Of a stretch of DNA of 64,000 bases, positions 10,064 through 20,712 are shown piece by piece. The stretch spans positions 73,975 through 137,974 of the forward strand of contig CAVWDG010000009.1 of the NCBI GenBank assembly GCA_963753695.1, written 5' to 3'. A program made the position numbers and the translations under genes. Under the pieces are notes generated by a model, which was not told the origin of the DNA, ran no database searches, and saw only the letters and a list, made by a program, of their open reading frames with translations. This DNA comes from an uncultured Actinomycetes bacterium. Lineage in GTDB: Bacteria; Actinomycetota; Thermoleophilia; UBA2241. Numbering within the stretch: position 1 is the stretch's first letter; the number at the start of each line of letters is the position of its first letter.

Positions 10064-10804
10064 ATGGTGAAGATCACAGAGCAGAGTCAATCGAGGTTGG
10101 TCGCGCAGCGCTCGCCCTACGGCCCGATGATCATAGGAGCGCTCTTCGTCGTTTCGGGAGCGCTCTGGGCAATCAAGCTGCAGCAAGACGGCTCTTCTCT
10201 GGGACTACTCGTCTGCCTGGTCATCGCCGCCCTCGGTGTGTTCGAGATCGTCGTCACAAAGCGCGTCACCATCGTCGTCGAGAGGTCGTTGGGGACGGTA
10301 TCCATTGCCTGGCGTTCGCTGCTGGGCTCCGGCGAACAGTCGGCCAACATCGCCGACGTCGACCGCATCACCTACCGTGAGTTCACCTCGACCCGGCGCA
10401 CGAACCGCGGCCGCGAGACGAGGCGCGAGGACACCTCGATGCTCGTCCTCAAGGATGGCACGAGCGTGCTGCTCGACAAGGAGCAGACATCGGTCTACGG
10501 CTGGCTTCAGACGCTGGGCGCCTCGAAGGACCGGGCGGTCGACACGGCGCTCTCCGACTTCATCGGCGTGCCGCTGATCGCCAATGGCCTCACCCACACC
10601 CCGATCTCAGCAGTCCATGCCGGACTGCCGACGCCCGCGCCACTTGGATCGCAACAGGCGCCACCACAAGCGGCCGCGCCTGTGACCGGCGCGCCTTCAG
10701 CCGTGCCGCCGGCGGCCGCCGCTTCTGCCGCCGCGCCGCTCTCCGGGCCCGGCTCTTCTCCGTACTGGGCCCCCACGCCGCCACCGTGGGCGAGGTCGAA
10801 GTAG
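10064..10804 (+). CDS. Hypothetical membrane protein (2 TM, Pro/Ala-rich tail)
   Basis: ATG 10064 (MVKITEQ); two hydrophobic segments followed by a soluble domain. Confidence 0.65.
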   Translation: MVKITEQSQSRLVAQRSPYGPMIIGALFVVSGALWAIKLQQDGSSLGLLVCLVIAALGVFEIVVTKRVTIVVERSLGTVSIAWRSLLGSGEQSANIADVDRITYREFTSTRRTNRGRETRREDTSMLVLKDGTSVLLDKEQTSVYGWLQTLGASKDRAVDTALSDFIGVPLIANGLTHTPISAVHAGLPTPAPLGSQQAPPQAAAPVTGAPSAVPPAAAASAAAPLSGPGSSPYWAPTPPPWARSK

Positions 10805-10956
10805 CCAGCCTCAGAGACGGCACCGGCCGGCCCTGCCCCGTCTGACTTGGGCGGTCGTCCGCCCTCGTTTGCCGCGCCCCGGGCCGCGCCGGCCCAACCA
10901 CAGTTGTATGATTCTCGCTGGCAGCTGACCGTGTCGTCGAGCGCAGGAGCAGGCAA

Positions 10957-12175
10957 ATGGCGAGTGTCTTGATCGAGGCGATGGCACGCGCCATCGAAGA
11001 AGTCCGCAAGATGCCCGAGAAGGTCGTGCAGGTCTTTCATCACAACGACTCGGACGGGCTGACCTCGGGCGCCATCCTCAAGCGTGCCTTCGAGCGCGAG
11101 GGCTTCGAGGTACGCCGCTTCTGCCTCGAAAAGCCCTACCCGGCGGTGCTCGAGAAGGTCTACGAGCAAGAGGGCAAGCTGCTCGTCTTCGCCGACTTCG
11201 CCGGCCGCATCGCGCCGCTGCTCTCCGAGTTGAACCAGGGCCGCAACCTCACCCTGATCCTCGACCACCACGTCGCCGAACCCTCGACCGACCCGCGGGT
11301 CATCAATCTCGACCCCGACCTCTTCGGCCTCAAAGGCGACCGCGATATCTCCGGCTCGACGACCTGCTACCTCTTCGCTCGCACGCTCGATCCCGCCAAC
11401 CGCGACCTCGCCCACGTGGCGACCGTGGGGGCGGTGGGCGACGGCTTCTTCATCGACGGCGCGCTGGTGAGCGAGAACCGCGACGTCGCCGTCGAGGCCG
11501 AGCGCCAGGGCCTGGTCGAGATCAAGCCGCTCGACCACGGCGAGCAATACTTGCTGAACGGCCCCCACGGGCAGCTGCCCGTCATCGACTTCGGCGATTA
11601 CCTCGACGTGCTCGGCGGCGTCGGCTACTACAACAAGGGACCCGACGTCGGCATCACGGCCTGCCTCGAGGGCGTCTCGGCCGCATCCGACCGCATGGTC
11701 GACGAGCTCAAGGCGATCCGCGCCAGGCTCTTCGACGCCGAGATCGCCGCGCTCAAGGCGGGCGCCATGCACCAGGCGCCGCACATCCAGTGGTTCCACC
11801 TGCAGCGGCGCTTCTTTCCGATGGGCGTCAAGATGGTCGGCGCCTTTTGCGACGCCATCAGGTTCACCGACCTGATCGATCCCGACAAGTACCTGGCCGG
11901 CTTTCAGGTCGTGCCCGACGAGATTCCCGGGTTCGGCGCCATCGACTTCAACCAGGTGAAGGTCTCCATGCGCTGCTCGCCGGCCATGGAAGAGGAAGAT
12001 CCGCGCCAAACGGGCCATGGGACTCAACGTCCTGCTGCCCGAAGCGACACAGCGGCTCGGAGGGTTCTCCGATGCCTGCCACAGCCTGACGGCCGCCACC
12101 ACGGTGGCCATCGGTAAAGAGGAGCGCCTGATCGGCGAAATGGAATCGATCCTGGATGGGGAAGCGCATGGCTAA
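10957..12175 (+). CDS. DHH family phosphoesterase (one apparent frameshift near 11997)
   Basis: Motifs HHNDSDG, FADF, LILDHH, GAVGD. The +1 frame continues IRAKRAMGLNVLL...ACHSLTAATT...DGEAHG to TAA 12173-12175. Confidence 0.8.
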
Positions 12176-13103
12176 AGGAACTGGGTTCGGCAAGACGATC
12201 CTGATCGGCGATCAGTTCGTGCTCGACGAGGTGCCGGCGATCGTCTCGTCGATCCCCTTCGTGACCGAATCGACGGTCGAGCGGACAGACGGCGAGGGCT
12301 GGGTGCTGCAGGACGACCGCATCGAGGTCCCGGGCTACAAGGCCAAGAAGGCCGAGCAGCAGGGCCAGTCGATCGACCGCATCCTCGACGTCATGGGCAT
12401 CGACGTCAAAAAGACGCCGATCAAGATCACCGTCGGGGGCACTCTGCTGGCCGGCAGCGGCGTGGGGGCAAGCGCCGCCATCTGCGTGTCGCTGGCGCGC
12501 GCGCTGAACGCCGAGTTCGAACTGGACCTGCCCATCGAAGAGATCAACCGCGTGGCCTGGCAGGGCGAGTTTCCCTATCACGGCGTGGCGAGCGGCGTCG
12601 ACAACACGGCGTCGACCTACGGCGGCATGCTGCTCTTCTGGCTCAAGGACGCCAAGCAGAACTTCGAGCGCGTCGCGACGCCCAAGCCCTTCGAGATCGT
12701 CTTGGCCAACAGCGGCGTCACGGTCAACACGGCGGCCCTCGACGAGTTCCTCGACGCCCAGAAGGCAGGCGAACCCGAGCTCTTCGCGACCCGTCTGCAG
12801 AAGCTCGCCGGGCAGGTTTTCGAGATGAAGGACGCTCTCGAAGCCGGCGACCTGGCGGCCATGGGCCAGATCATGACCGACAACCATCACCTGCTGATCG
12901 ACATGCAGATGTCGCACCCGACGCTCGACGACATGTGCAAGACCGCCCTCGCCAACGGCGCCCTGGGCGCCAAGGTGACCGGCGGCGGGCGGGGCGGCTA
13001 CATGGTCTCGCTGACCCCCGGCAAAGAGCTGCAGGAGAAGGTCGCCGCCGACTTCGAGAAGGCCGGCCACAAGGTCATCCGCACCACCATCGGCGGCAGC
13101 TGA
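12168..13103 (+). CDS. GHMP kinase, mevalonate kinase-like
   Basis: GKTILIGDQ (motif I), LLAGSGVGASAA (ATP loop), HGVASGVDNTASTYGG (catalytic Asp), GALGAKVTGGGRGG (motif III). Start overlaps the DHH stop. Confidence 0.82.
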   Translation: MAKGTGFGKTILIGDQFVLDEVPAIVSSIPFVTESTVERTDGEGWVLQDDRIEVPGYKAKKAEQQGQSIDRILDVMGIDVKKTPIKITVGGTLLAGSGVGASAAICVSLARALNAEFELDLPIEEINRVAWQGEFPYHGVASGVDNTASTYGGMLLFWLKDAKQNFERVATPKPFEIVLANSGVTVNTAALDEFLDAQKAGEPELFATRLQKLAGQVFEMKDALEAGDLAAMGQIMTDNHHLLIDMQMSHPTLDDMCKTALANGALGAKVTGGGRGGYMVSLTPGKELQEKVAADFEKAGHKVIRTTIGGS

Positions 13104-13165
13104 CGTTCTAAGAGGGAGCGCGGCGGCCGGCGTTCTAAAGAGCGGCGGTTGATACTCCCGTGAGG

Positions 13166-13202
13166 AGCGCGCGGCCAGCGGCTTCGCCGCCGGCCGCGCG
13201 CT
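13166..13202. terminator. Hairpin between convergent genes
   Basis: AGCGCGCGGCC...GGCCGCGCGCT 11 bp stem plus inner GCGGC/GCCGC stem. Confidence 0.6.
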
Positions 13203-13871
13203 ACGAGATCTCCTGCCAGCCGTCGGCCGGTTTGTCGCGGGCAAAGACGCCGGCGACCGCGAAGATCGCGTCGGTCGCCAGGCCGGCGGCGTCGTCGACC
13301 ACCATGCCCCCGCCGTAGCGGCCGTAGTGTAGGGGCACTGACACCGTGCCCGTCGTCCCCAGAGCATCGTCGCTCGCCTTGAGCTCGGCCTGGTCGGCCT
13401 GCGAGAGAGTGACAACGTTCTGCAGGATGGGGTCGGACCAGGCGCCCGCGTCGTCTTGGACGAAGAGGGTGTAGTGGTAGGTGTAGCGCGGCCGCAAGTC
13501 GTCGTCGACGAACCGGTCGTCGACCCGGTCGAAGACGCAGAGCTGGTCGCCCGCGCGGTTATCTGGACGGCGAGCACACCGCGTGTCGGATCGCAGGATG
13601 CGCAGACGCTGCTGGTGCCCCCGTCGCCACAGCCAGGCGAAGGTCACGCGCGTGCCGTCGGTGCGGTAGGCGAGCCGCCGAGCGACGCCGGCAGGGCCGT
13701 GTCGACGTGCCTTTCATGCCGCCCCGCGTAGATCAGGAACGCGAGATACAGCAAGCCGACCAGGGCAAACGGCGCCCAGGCAAACCCGGAGCGCAGCAGG
13801 AAGGCAAAGAAGCAGGATCCGACGATGCCCCCCACGCGAGGCCCCGCGCCAATCGCATGACACCCCTCCAT
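13201..13871 (-). CDS. Hypothetical protein: TM pair plus FN3-like beta domain, probably one gene split by an indel near 13715
   Basis: ORF 13644-13871 is hydrophobic. ORF 13201-13647 has FVDDDLRPRYTYHYTLFVQDDAGAWS (FN3-like). Its frame is open upstream to about 13712. Confidence 0.45.
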
Positions 13872-14082
13872 CTCGCTGAAACTGCCCCGCGTCGCGCGGT
13901 GCCGCCATCATATGCCCGCGCACGACCGCACGCCCGGTCGCCCGCGCACGCCGGTCGCCCGATGGCCGCGCTGTGCGGTTCGGCCGCCGACCTCTGCGCG
14001 GTTCGGTACCCACGCTCCGCGGTTTGGCCGCCCCCGCCCGGGGGCATCGCCTAGACAGTCTCTCCCCAGCAAAGGAGCCGAC

Positions 14083-14373
14083 ATGAGCCGGGCGCGATTC
14101 CTCGTTATGGTGCCCCACCGCCCCGAAGAGTGCCTCGATGCGGTCGAGGCGACGATCAACCAAGGGCCGGGCTTTCAGGAGGCCTACGAGTGGGGCTGCT
14201 TCGTCGGCAACCACACGGGCTACCTGTTCGTGCGCGCCGACGGCTCGCAGGAGGCCATCGACGACTATGTGCCGACGTTCCTGCGCTCGCGGGCGACGGC
14301 CTACCGGGTCACCCAGATCAGGGCCCGCGACCTGTACGACATGCGCGACCGCGAACTCAGGCGCAGCGCCTGA
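14083..14373 (+). CDS. Small conserved-looking hypothetical protein (His/Cys motif)
   Basis: AAAGGAG SD; MSRARFLVMVPHRPEEC...WGCFVGNHTGY. Confidence 0.7.
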   Translation: MSRARFLVMVPHRPEECLDAVEATINQGPGFQEAYEWGCFVGNHTGYLFVRADGSQEAIDDYVPTFLRSRATAYRVTQIRARDLYDMRDRELRRSA

Positions 14374-14416
14374 GCGGCGCAGCGCCCGAGCGGCGCGACA
14401 GGAGCGCCGCGTGCCG

Positions 14417-14924
14417 CTACGACGTGGGCACCCAGAAGTGCAGCTCGTCGTCGTCGCGGCCGGCGTAGGCGCCGCCATTGGCCTCGATCGACCCGCCGTG
14501 AGATCGCGTTGCTCACGTCGCAGGTGATGAGCGCGGGGTCGATCCCCATCGCGCCGGCCAGCGGCAGCGCCGCGGCGAGCATGGCCGTAGCGTGGCCGGC
14601 GTGGCGCCGGCTGGGCCTGATCTCGTAGCCTATGTGGCCGCCTATGCGGCGCAGGCCGGCGTTCAGGCGGTGGCGCAGGGCGATGCGACCGATGTACCGG
14701 TCGTCCTCGACCCACCACAGGTTGGTCTGCGGCACGCGGCCCGAGCGGTCGAGCGCCAGCAGATGCTCCTCGGCGCGCAGGGCGGCCACGTAGCGCGCAA
14801 AGGTGGCGGGGTCGCGCAGCGTGGCGACCCCCAGCTCGAGGTGGCGGCGCTCGTCGTGGTATTCGGCGAGGGCCGTCAGAAACGAGAGCTGGTACTCGAT
14901 CGCTGGTGCAACGAGCTGTGGCAT
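14417..14924 (-). CDS. GNAT acetyltransferase (COG3981-like); apparent indel near 14490
   Basis: IGRIALRHRLN, GGHIGYEIRPSRR, ALITCDVSN. The corrected frame reads SRRVIEANGG...FWVPTS to TAG. Confidence 0.8.
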
Positions 14925-15038
14925 GCCCGCAACAATACGCGCGCCGAGGGCCGACGAAAACAGTAGCGCCGCATCGGGCGCCGCGGCCGGCGCGCCGCTC
15001 GGCCGTCGCGCCGCTCTCGGCCCGCGTGCCCCTTGAGC

Positions 15039-16070
15039 CTAGTCGACCACGCGAGCGGCGACATCGAGCTCGGCGAGCAGCTCGGCCTGGCGGTCGGCGG
15101 GCAGCAGCGAGCCCGCGATCGAGTGGCGGGCCAGGGCTACCAGGTCGGCGCGTTCAAGGTGGAGCGCTTCGGCTATCGCCAGGTAGTTGTCGACCAGGTA
15201 GCCGCCGAAGTAGGCGGGGTCGTCGGAGTTGACAGTGACCGGAACGCCGGCGTCGAGCAGGCGTTTGAGCGGGTGGTCGGCCAGGTCGGCGACCACTCGC
15301 AGCCGCAGGTTCGACAGGGGGCACATGGTGAGCGCGATGTGCTCGCGGGCGAGGCGCGCGACGAGCGCCGCGTCGTCGATCGCCCGCACGCCGTGGTCGA
15401 TGCGCGTCACGCGCAGCACGTCGAGGGCTTCGCTCACGTAGGCGGCCGGGCCCTCTTCGCCGGCGTGGGCGACGGCGATGAAGCCGGACGCGCGCGCGGC
15501 GGCAAAGACGTGGGCGAAGTCGCCCGGCGGGTGGCCCACCTCGGCCGAGTCGAGACCCACGCCGACGATGCGGTCGCGGTAGGCGCGCGCCTGGTCGAGC
15601 ACCTCGAGGGCGCTCGCCGGGCTTTCGTCGCGCAGGAAACACATGATCAGCCGCGACGAGATGCCGAGCTCGCGCCGGCCGTCGTCGAGCGCCGCGCAGA
15701 TGCCGTCGACGACACAGCCGAAGGCCACGCCGCGCACCAGGTGGCTCTGCGGGTCGAAGAAGATCTCGACGTGGCGCGTGCCGTCGGCCGCCGCCCGGCG
15801 CAGGTAGGCCGCCGTGAGCTCGTAGAAGTCGCGCTCGTGGAGCAGCACCGCCATGCCGCGGTAGTAGAGGTTCAGAAAGGAGCGCAGGTCGGAGAAGCGG
15901 TAGGCGGCGCGCGCCTCGCCGGCGTTGGCGTAGGGCACCTGCACGCCGTTGCGCGCGCCCAGGTCGAGCATGAGCTCGGGCTCGAGAGTGCCCTCGATGT
16001 GCAGGTGCAGCTCGGTCTTGGGCAGGCCGCGCACGAAGCGCGCGAGGTCGGCTGTGAGTGAGGCGGTCAT
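15039..16070 (-). CDS. Adenosine/adenine deaminase family
   Basis: LPKTELHLHIEG, AHAGEEG, RIDHG, TVNSDDPAYFGGY. Confidence 0.93.
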   Translation of the reverse strand: MTASLTADLARFVRGLPKTELHLHIEGTLEPELMLDLGARNGVQVPYANAGEARAAYRFSDLRSFLNLYYRGMAVLLHERDFYELTAAYLRRAAADGTRHVEIFFDPQSHLVRGVAFGCVVDGICAALDDGRRELGISSRLIMCFLRDESPASALEVLDQARAYRDRIVGVGLDSAEVGHPPGDFAHVFAAARASGFIAVAHAGEEGPAAYVSEALDVLRVTRIDHGVRAIDDAALVARLAREHIALTMCPLSNLRLRVVADLADHPLKRLLDAGVPVTVNSDDPAYFGGYLVDNYLAIAEALHLERADLVALARHSIAGSLLPADRQAELLAELDVAARVVD

Positions 16071-16072
16071 AG

Positions 16073-17234
16073 CTACTGGCTCCGGCCGCGTCCGGCCACG
16101 GCCCACAGGTCGATCAGCCGTCCGGCGCGCATGACGTGGAACTGGTCGTAGAGGTTGACGGTGGTGCAGCCGTGGCGCGGCACGAGGGCGATCTTGTCGC
16201 CCACGGCGAGGCCGCGAGCCGCGCCGCTCACGGCGAGCTCGCCGTGCTCCTCGGAGAAATCGAGCCACTGCGCGCCGTCGACCAGCACTGTGGGGTCGCC
16301 GAACTCGGGAGTGACCGCCTTGAGGCCGGCGTCGATCACCGCGCGGTCGGGACGCGGCCGGCTGATCGATCGTGGCGAGCACGGTGAGGGCGTTTTCGAA
16401 GTCGGCGCCCCCGACCGCCCGGTACTGCGCGTCCATGGTGGCATACGAGCCGCACTGCAGCTCGGTGACCCACGGCAGGCGGCCGGTGACCATGTGCGTG
16501 CCGGTGCCCCCGCCGCTGACCTCGGCGACCGCCAGGCCGCCGGCCTCGATGGCCTCTTTGGCGGCGAGCGCGGCGCGCAGGTCGTGCTCGGCGCGCGCCA
16601 CGCGGTCGGCGAGCGGTGTCACGTTCTGCAGGTGGCCCTCGTAGGTCTGCAGGCCGCCGAACACGAGGCCCGGCGCTTCGTCGACGAGCCGGGCCAGCGC
16701 CAGCGCCGCCCGGCCGTCGGCCACGCCGCAGCGCGCCATGCCTATGTCGACCTCGACGTAGCAGCGCAGGGAGACGCCGGCCGCGGTCGCGGCCGCCGAG
16801 AGCTGAGCCACGTTGCCCGGGTCGTCGACCGCCACGGTGAGCGTGCAGCGGCGCGCGAGCGCCACCAGCCGGGCGATCTTGATGGGCCCCACGATCTCGT
16901 TGGCGATGAGGATGTCGGTGATGCCGCCGTCGGCCAGGGCTTCGGCCTCGCCGACCTTGGCGCAGGTGATGCCGACCGCGCCGGCGGCGAGCTGCAGGGC
17001 CGCGATCTGCACGCACTTGTGCGTCTTGGCGTGCGGCCGCAGCTTCGCCGGGCCGCCGGCGGCAAAGGCTGCCATGCGTGCGACGTTGCGCTCGAGCTTG
17101 TCGTGGTCGAGCAGCAGAGCCGGCGTGTCGATCTCGGCGGGGCCGGCGCCCAGCGGCGCGCGGTAGGTCGTCGTCGAGGTGGCGCCGGGGACGGTGGTGG
17201 CCGGGCCGGTGGTACTGGGGTGATCGGCGGACAT
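16073..17234 (-). CDS. PLP-dependent DSD1/D-threonine aldolase-like (alanine racemase fold) enzyme; apparent indel near 16365
   Basis: IDTPALLLD, LRPHAKTHK (PLP Lys), VEVDIGMARCG, SGGGTGT, VIDAGLK, PRHGCTTVNLYD. Confidence 0.88.
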
Positions 17235-17527
17235 GCGGTGGAACCTCCGTGACTGCTGATCGCCAGCCTATCACCGCGGGCCGGTCGGGGCCTTCCGCTT
17301 GCGCACGCGGCGCCCTTCTCGGCATCTTCCCGCCGAGGGACGCCCGCCACCCCCGCAGGGTGACCGGCGCGGCAGTATCACCCCGCCGTGCGGGCCGCCC
17401 GCCCCCCGAAGTTCCCCCCGCGGTTGACCCCGAGTTCCACCGCCGGGGCGACGCCGCGCGCGCTGGCCGCCGATAGCCTTCTCTCATCAGCCCAAACGGG
17501 GTGAACAGCAGAGGAGTGGGGTGCACG

Positions 17528-19906
17528 ATGAGGCGATCGGTCGAGAGAAACGGCAGAGCTGAGAAACGCGGGGGGCGGTCGTTCACCGAACGCCTGGCGC
17601 GCACGAGCGCTACACACCCGTGGCGCACCATCACCGCCTGGCTTGCGCTGGTCGTGGTGGCGGTCGCATCGATGGGTGCCCTGCTGTCGAGCGGCATCAC
17701 GTCGAACACCGAGTTCCGCGGCACCAAGCCCGAGAGCGTGATCGGCCAGAAGCTGGTCGAAGACCGCCTCACCGGTCCGCAGCGCATGACCGACTTCGTG
17801 ATCGTCAGGTCGGCCACCCTCAAGGCCGGCGATCCCATCTTCCAGGGCTACGTCGAGAGCGTCGCCTCGCGGATCTCCGACCTGGGCCCCGCCGTCGTGC
17901 AGAACGTCTCGACGCTCTACACGACCCACGACGCGACGCTGCGCTCCCGGGACGGCCACGCGACGCTCATTCCCGTCGTCATGGCCGGTGACCAGGACAC
18001 CGCCATGAAGAACGTCGCCAAGCTGCACGCGGTGGTGCAGTCGAGCGCGGGCTACGGCTTCACGCTCGCCCAGACCGGCGACGCCAGCCTCAACCAGATG
18101 ATCACCCAGGTGGCCAAGAGCGACCTCGAGCGCGCCGAGGTCTTCGGCGTGCCGGCGGCGCTGGTCGTGCTGCTGATCGTGTTCGGCGCGCTGGTCGCGG
18201 CCGGCCTGCCGCTGCTGCTCAGCATCGTCAGCATCGTGCTGGCGCTCACCATCACCGGACTCATCGGCCAGATCTACCCCATGAACACCTTCGTGCTCAA
18301 CATCCTCACGATGATGGGCCTGGCCGTGGGCATCGACTACACGCTGTTCGTGATCAGCCGCTACCGCGAGGAACGCGCCCGCGGCCTGGCCAAGATCGAC
18401 GCCATCGCAGCCACGGGCGCCACCGCCAACCGCGCCATCTTCTTCAGCGGCATGACCGTCTTTCTCGCCATGCTCGGCATGGTCATCGTGCCGCTCGATG
18501 TCACCATCAGCATGGGCATGGGCGTCATGCTGGTCGTCTTCACGACGCTGCTCACCACGCTCATCTTGCTGCCCGCGCTGCTCGGCCTGCTCGGCGACCG
18601 CGTCAACGCTCTGCGCGTGCCGGTCTTCGGCCGCCTCGCCATGAACCGCGCCCAGGGCCGGTCGGGCCTGTTCGAGCGGCTCGCGCACAGCATCATGCGG
18701 CGCCCGGTCGTCTGGCTGACCGTCGCCGTCGTCGTGCTGCTCGCGCTGGCCGCGCCGGTGCTCGTCATGAAGACCGGCAACACCAACATGACGGCGCGCT
18801 ACCTGCCGGCCGGCCAGTACTCCAAGCAGGGCTGGGACATGCTCGGCCGCGAGTTCTCGCTGGGCAAGGCCAACCCGCTGCAGATCGTCGTCGACGGGCC
18901 CGCCGCGGCGCCCCGGGTCAAGCGCGGCGTGGCGCGCCTCGAAGCGGTCCTGCGCAGCGACGGCCGCTTCGGCCCCGCGCAGGCGACCGTCGACAAGGCG
19001 GGCGACCTGACGCTGATCACCACCAGCCTCACCGGCGACCCGGCCGGCGACGCCACGCAGGCCCTCGTGAAACACGTCCGTGCGGCCGTCGTGCCGGCCG
19101 CCTTTGGCGGCGCGCCGGCGAAGATCTACGTCTCGGGCAACACCGCCTTCGTGGTCGACTACCTGGCCTTCTTCCACCGCTGGCTGCCGATCGCCCTGAC
19201 CGTCGTGCTCTCACTGTCCTTCGTGCTGCTGCTCGTGGCCTTCCGTTCGATCGTCATCCCGGCGAAGGCGATCGCCATGAACCTGCTCTCGGTGGGCGCC
19301 TCGTACGGCCTCATGGTGCTCGTCTTCCAGAAGGGCATCGGCGCGCACCTGCTCGGGCTGACTCACGTCGATACGATCGAGGCCTGGGTGCCGCTGTTCC
19401 TCTTCAGCCTGCTGTTCGGGCTCTCGATGGACTATCAGGTCTTTCTGCTCAGCCGCATCAAGGAGCGCTTCGACCACACCGGCGACACCCGCGAAGCGGT
19501 GGCCTACGGCGTGGGCCGCACGGCCAGCATCATCACCGGCGCGGCCGCCATCATGGTCTGCGTCTTCGCCGGCATGGCCGGCGGCCAGCTCGTCATGTTC
19601 CAGCAGATGGGCTTCGGCCTGGCGGTCGCGGTGCTGATCGACGCCACCGTGGTGCGCACGATCATCGTGCCGGCCGCCATGGAGCTGCTCGGCGACTGGA
19701 ACTGGTACCTGCCGCGCTGGCTCGAGTGGCTGCCGAACGTGAGCGTCGAGGGGCACGCGGGCGAGAGCGCACCGTTTGGCGAGACCACGCCGTCCGGCCA
19801 GACCACGCCCTCCGGTCAGACCGCGCCGTCCGGCCAGCGCCGCCCCGCGCCGTACCCCGACGAGCGCCTGCTGCCCGGACGTGGCGCGGCGGCCACGGGC
19901 CGGTAG
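17528..19906 (+). CDS. MMPL/RND family transporter
   Basis: Two MMPL halves; GLAVGIDYTLF and GLSMDYQVFLLSRIKE motifs. Confidence 0.93.
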   Translation: MRRSVERNGRAEKRGGRSFTERLARTSATHPWRTITAWLALVVVAVASMGALLSSGITSNTEFRGTKPESVIGQKLVEDRLTGPQRMTDFVIVRSATLKAGDPIFQGYVESVASRISDLGPAVVQNVSTLYTTHDATLRSRDGHATLIPVVMAGDQDTAMKNVAKLHAVVQSSAGYGFTLAQTGDASLNQMITQVAKSDLERAEVFGVPAALVVLLIVFGALVAAGLPLLLSIVSIVLALTITGLIGQIYPMNTFVLNILTMMGLAVGIDYTLFVISRYREERARGLAKIDAIAATGATANRAIFFSGMTVFLAMLGMVIVPLDVTISMGMGVMLVVFTTLLTTLILLPALLGLLGDRVNALRVPVFGRLAMNRAQGRSGLFERLAHSIMRRPVVWLTVAVVVLLALAAPVLVMKTGNTNMTARYLPAGQYSKQGWDMLGREFSLGKANPLQIVVDGPAAAPRVKRGVARLEAVLRSDGRFGPAQATVDKAGDLTLITTSLTGDPAGDATQALVKHVRAAVVPAAFGGAPAKIYVSGNTAFVVDYLAFFHRWLPIALTVVLSLSFVLLLVAFRSIVIPAKAIAMNLLSVGASYGLMVLVFQKGIGAHLLGLTHVDTIEAWVPLFLFSLLFGLSMDYQVFLLSRIKERFDHTGDTREAVAYGVGRTASIITGAAAIMVCVFAGMAGGQLVMFQQMGFGLAVAVLIDATVVRTIIVPAAMELLGDWNWYLPRWLEWLPNVSVEGHAGESAPFGETTPSGQTTPSGQTAPSGQRRPAPYPDERLLPGRGAAATGR

Positions 19907-19949
19907 CGTTCCGCGCACACCTTCGAGGGGACCCCACTCCTCGAGTCCG

Positions 19950-19981
19950 GGGGGCGGCGGCGCGATAGCGCCGCCGCCCCC
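19950..19981. terminator. Strong GC hairpin after MMPL gene
   Basis: 14 bp perfect stem GGGGGCGGCGGCGC-GATA-GCGCCGCCGCCCCC. Confidence 0.65.
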
Positions 19982-20025
19982 TTCGCAACCTTGCGGTGCG
20001 CGGGCGCAGCGGGTAGAACGGGGGC

Positions 20026-20712
20026 ATGAGATTGCTCGTCGTCGAAGACGCGGAGAAACTCGCCCGCACGCTCAAGCGCGGCCTCGAAAAAGAGGGCTAC
20101 GCCGTCGACACGCTGGGCGACGGCCGGCTCGCCCAGGCGCGCCTGCGCAGCCGCGCCGACGAGTACGACCTCGTGCTGCTCGACGTCATGCTGCCCGGCG
20201 TCGACGGCTTCACCATCTGCCGCGACCTGCGCGACCGAGGCCTCACGGTGCCGGTGCTCATGCTCACCGCGCGCGACACGACCGACGACAAGGTGACCGG
20301 CCTCGACAGCGGAGCCGACGACTATCTGGTCAAACCGTTTGCCTTCGTGGAGCTGCTAGCCCGGGTGCGCACCCTGCTGCGGCGGCCACGGGCGGCACTG
20401 CCCGCGGCGCTCGTGGCCGGCGACCTCGTGCTCGACCCGGTCTCACGCTCGGCGCGCCGCGGCACGACCGACCTCGAGCTCACGGCCAAGGAGTTCGCGT
20501 TGCTCGAGTTCCTCATGCGCCACCCCGGCGAGGTGCTCAGCCGCGAGCGCATCCTCGATCACGTCTGGGACGACGAGTACGACGCCTCGAGCAACGTGAT
20601 CGACGTGCACCTCAAGAACCTGCGGCGCAAGGTCGACGGCGCCGACGGCCCGAGCCTCTTTCGCACGGTGCGCGGCGTGGGCTACTGCCTGCGGGCGCCG
20701 GACCCGGCGTGA
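20026..20712 (+). CDS. OmpR-family response regulator
   Basis: LLVVED, LLDVMLPG, GADDYLVKPF, C-terminal wHTH with TVRGVGY. Confidence 0.95.
   Translation: MRLLVVEDAEKLARTLKRGLEKEGYAVDTLGDGRLAQARLRSRADEYDLVLLDVMLPGVDGFTICRDLRDRGLTVPVLMLTARDTTDDKVTGLDSGADDYLVKPFAFVELLARVRTLLRRPRAALPAALVAGDLVLDPVSRSARRGTTDLELTAKEFALLEFLMRHPGEVLSRERILDHVWDDEYDASSNVIDVHLKNLRRKVDGADGPSLFRTVRGVGYCLRAPDPA

Noticed and set aside
13104-13165. tRNA-Pyl look-alike (TTCTAAA loop and GGCGGTTGATACTCCCGT)
   Set aside because: The anticodon stem does not pair, the spacing to the T-loop is 10 nt rather than about 14, and there is no acceptor stem or CCA. No pylT was found in the window.
9786-13200. tRNA-anchored integrative element
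   Set aside because: No integrase and no duplicated tRNA 3' end (attR) were found in the window.
19779-19840. 18 bp tandem repeats as a CRISPR or VNTR system
   Set aside because: They encode a low-complexity (T/Q)TPSGQ tail of the MMPL protein, with no spacers or cas genes. No CRISPR array was seen anywhere in the window.
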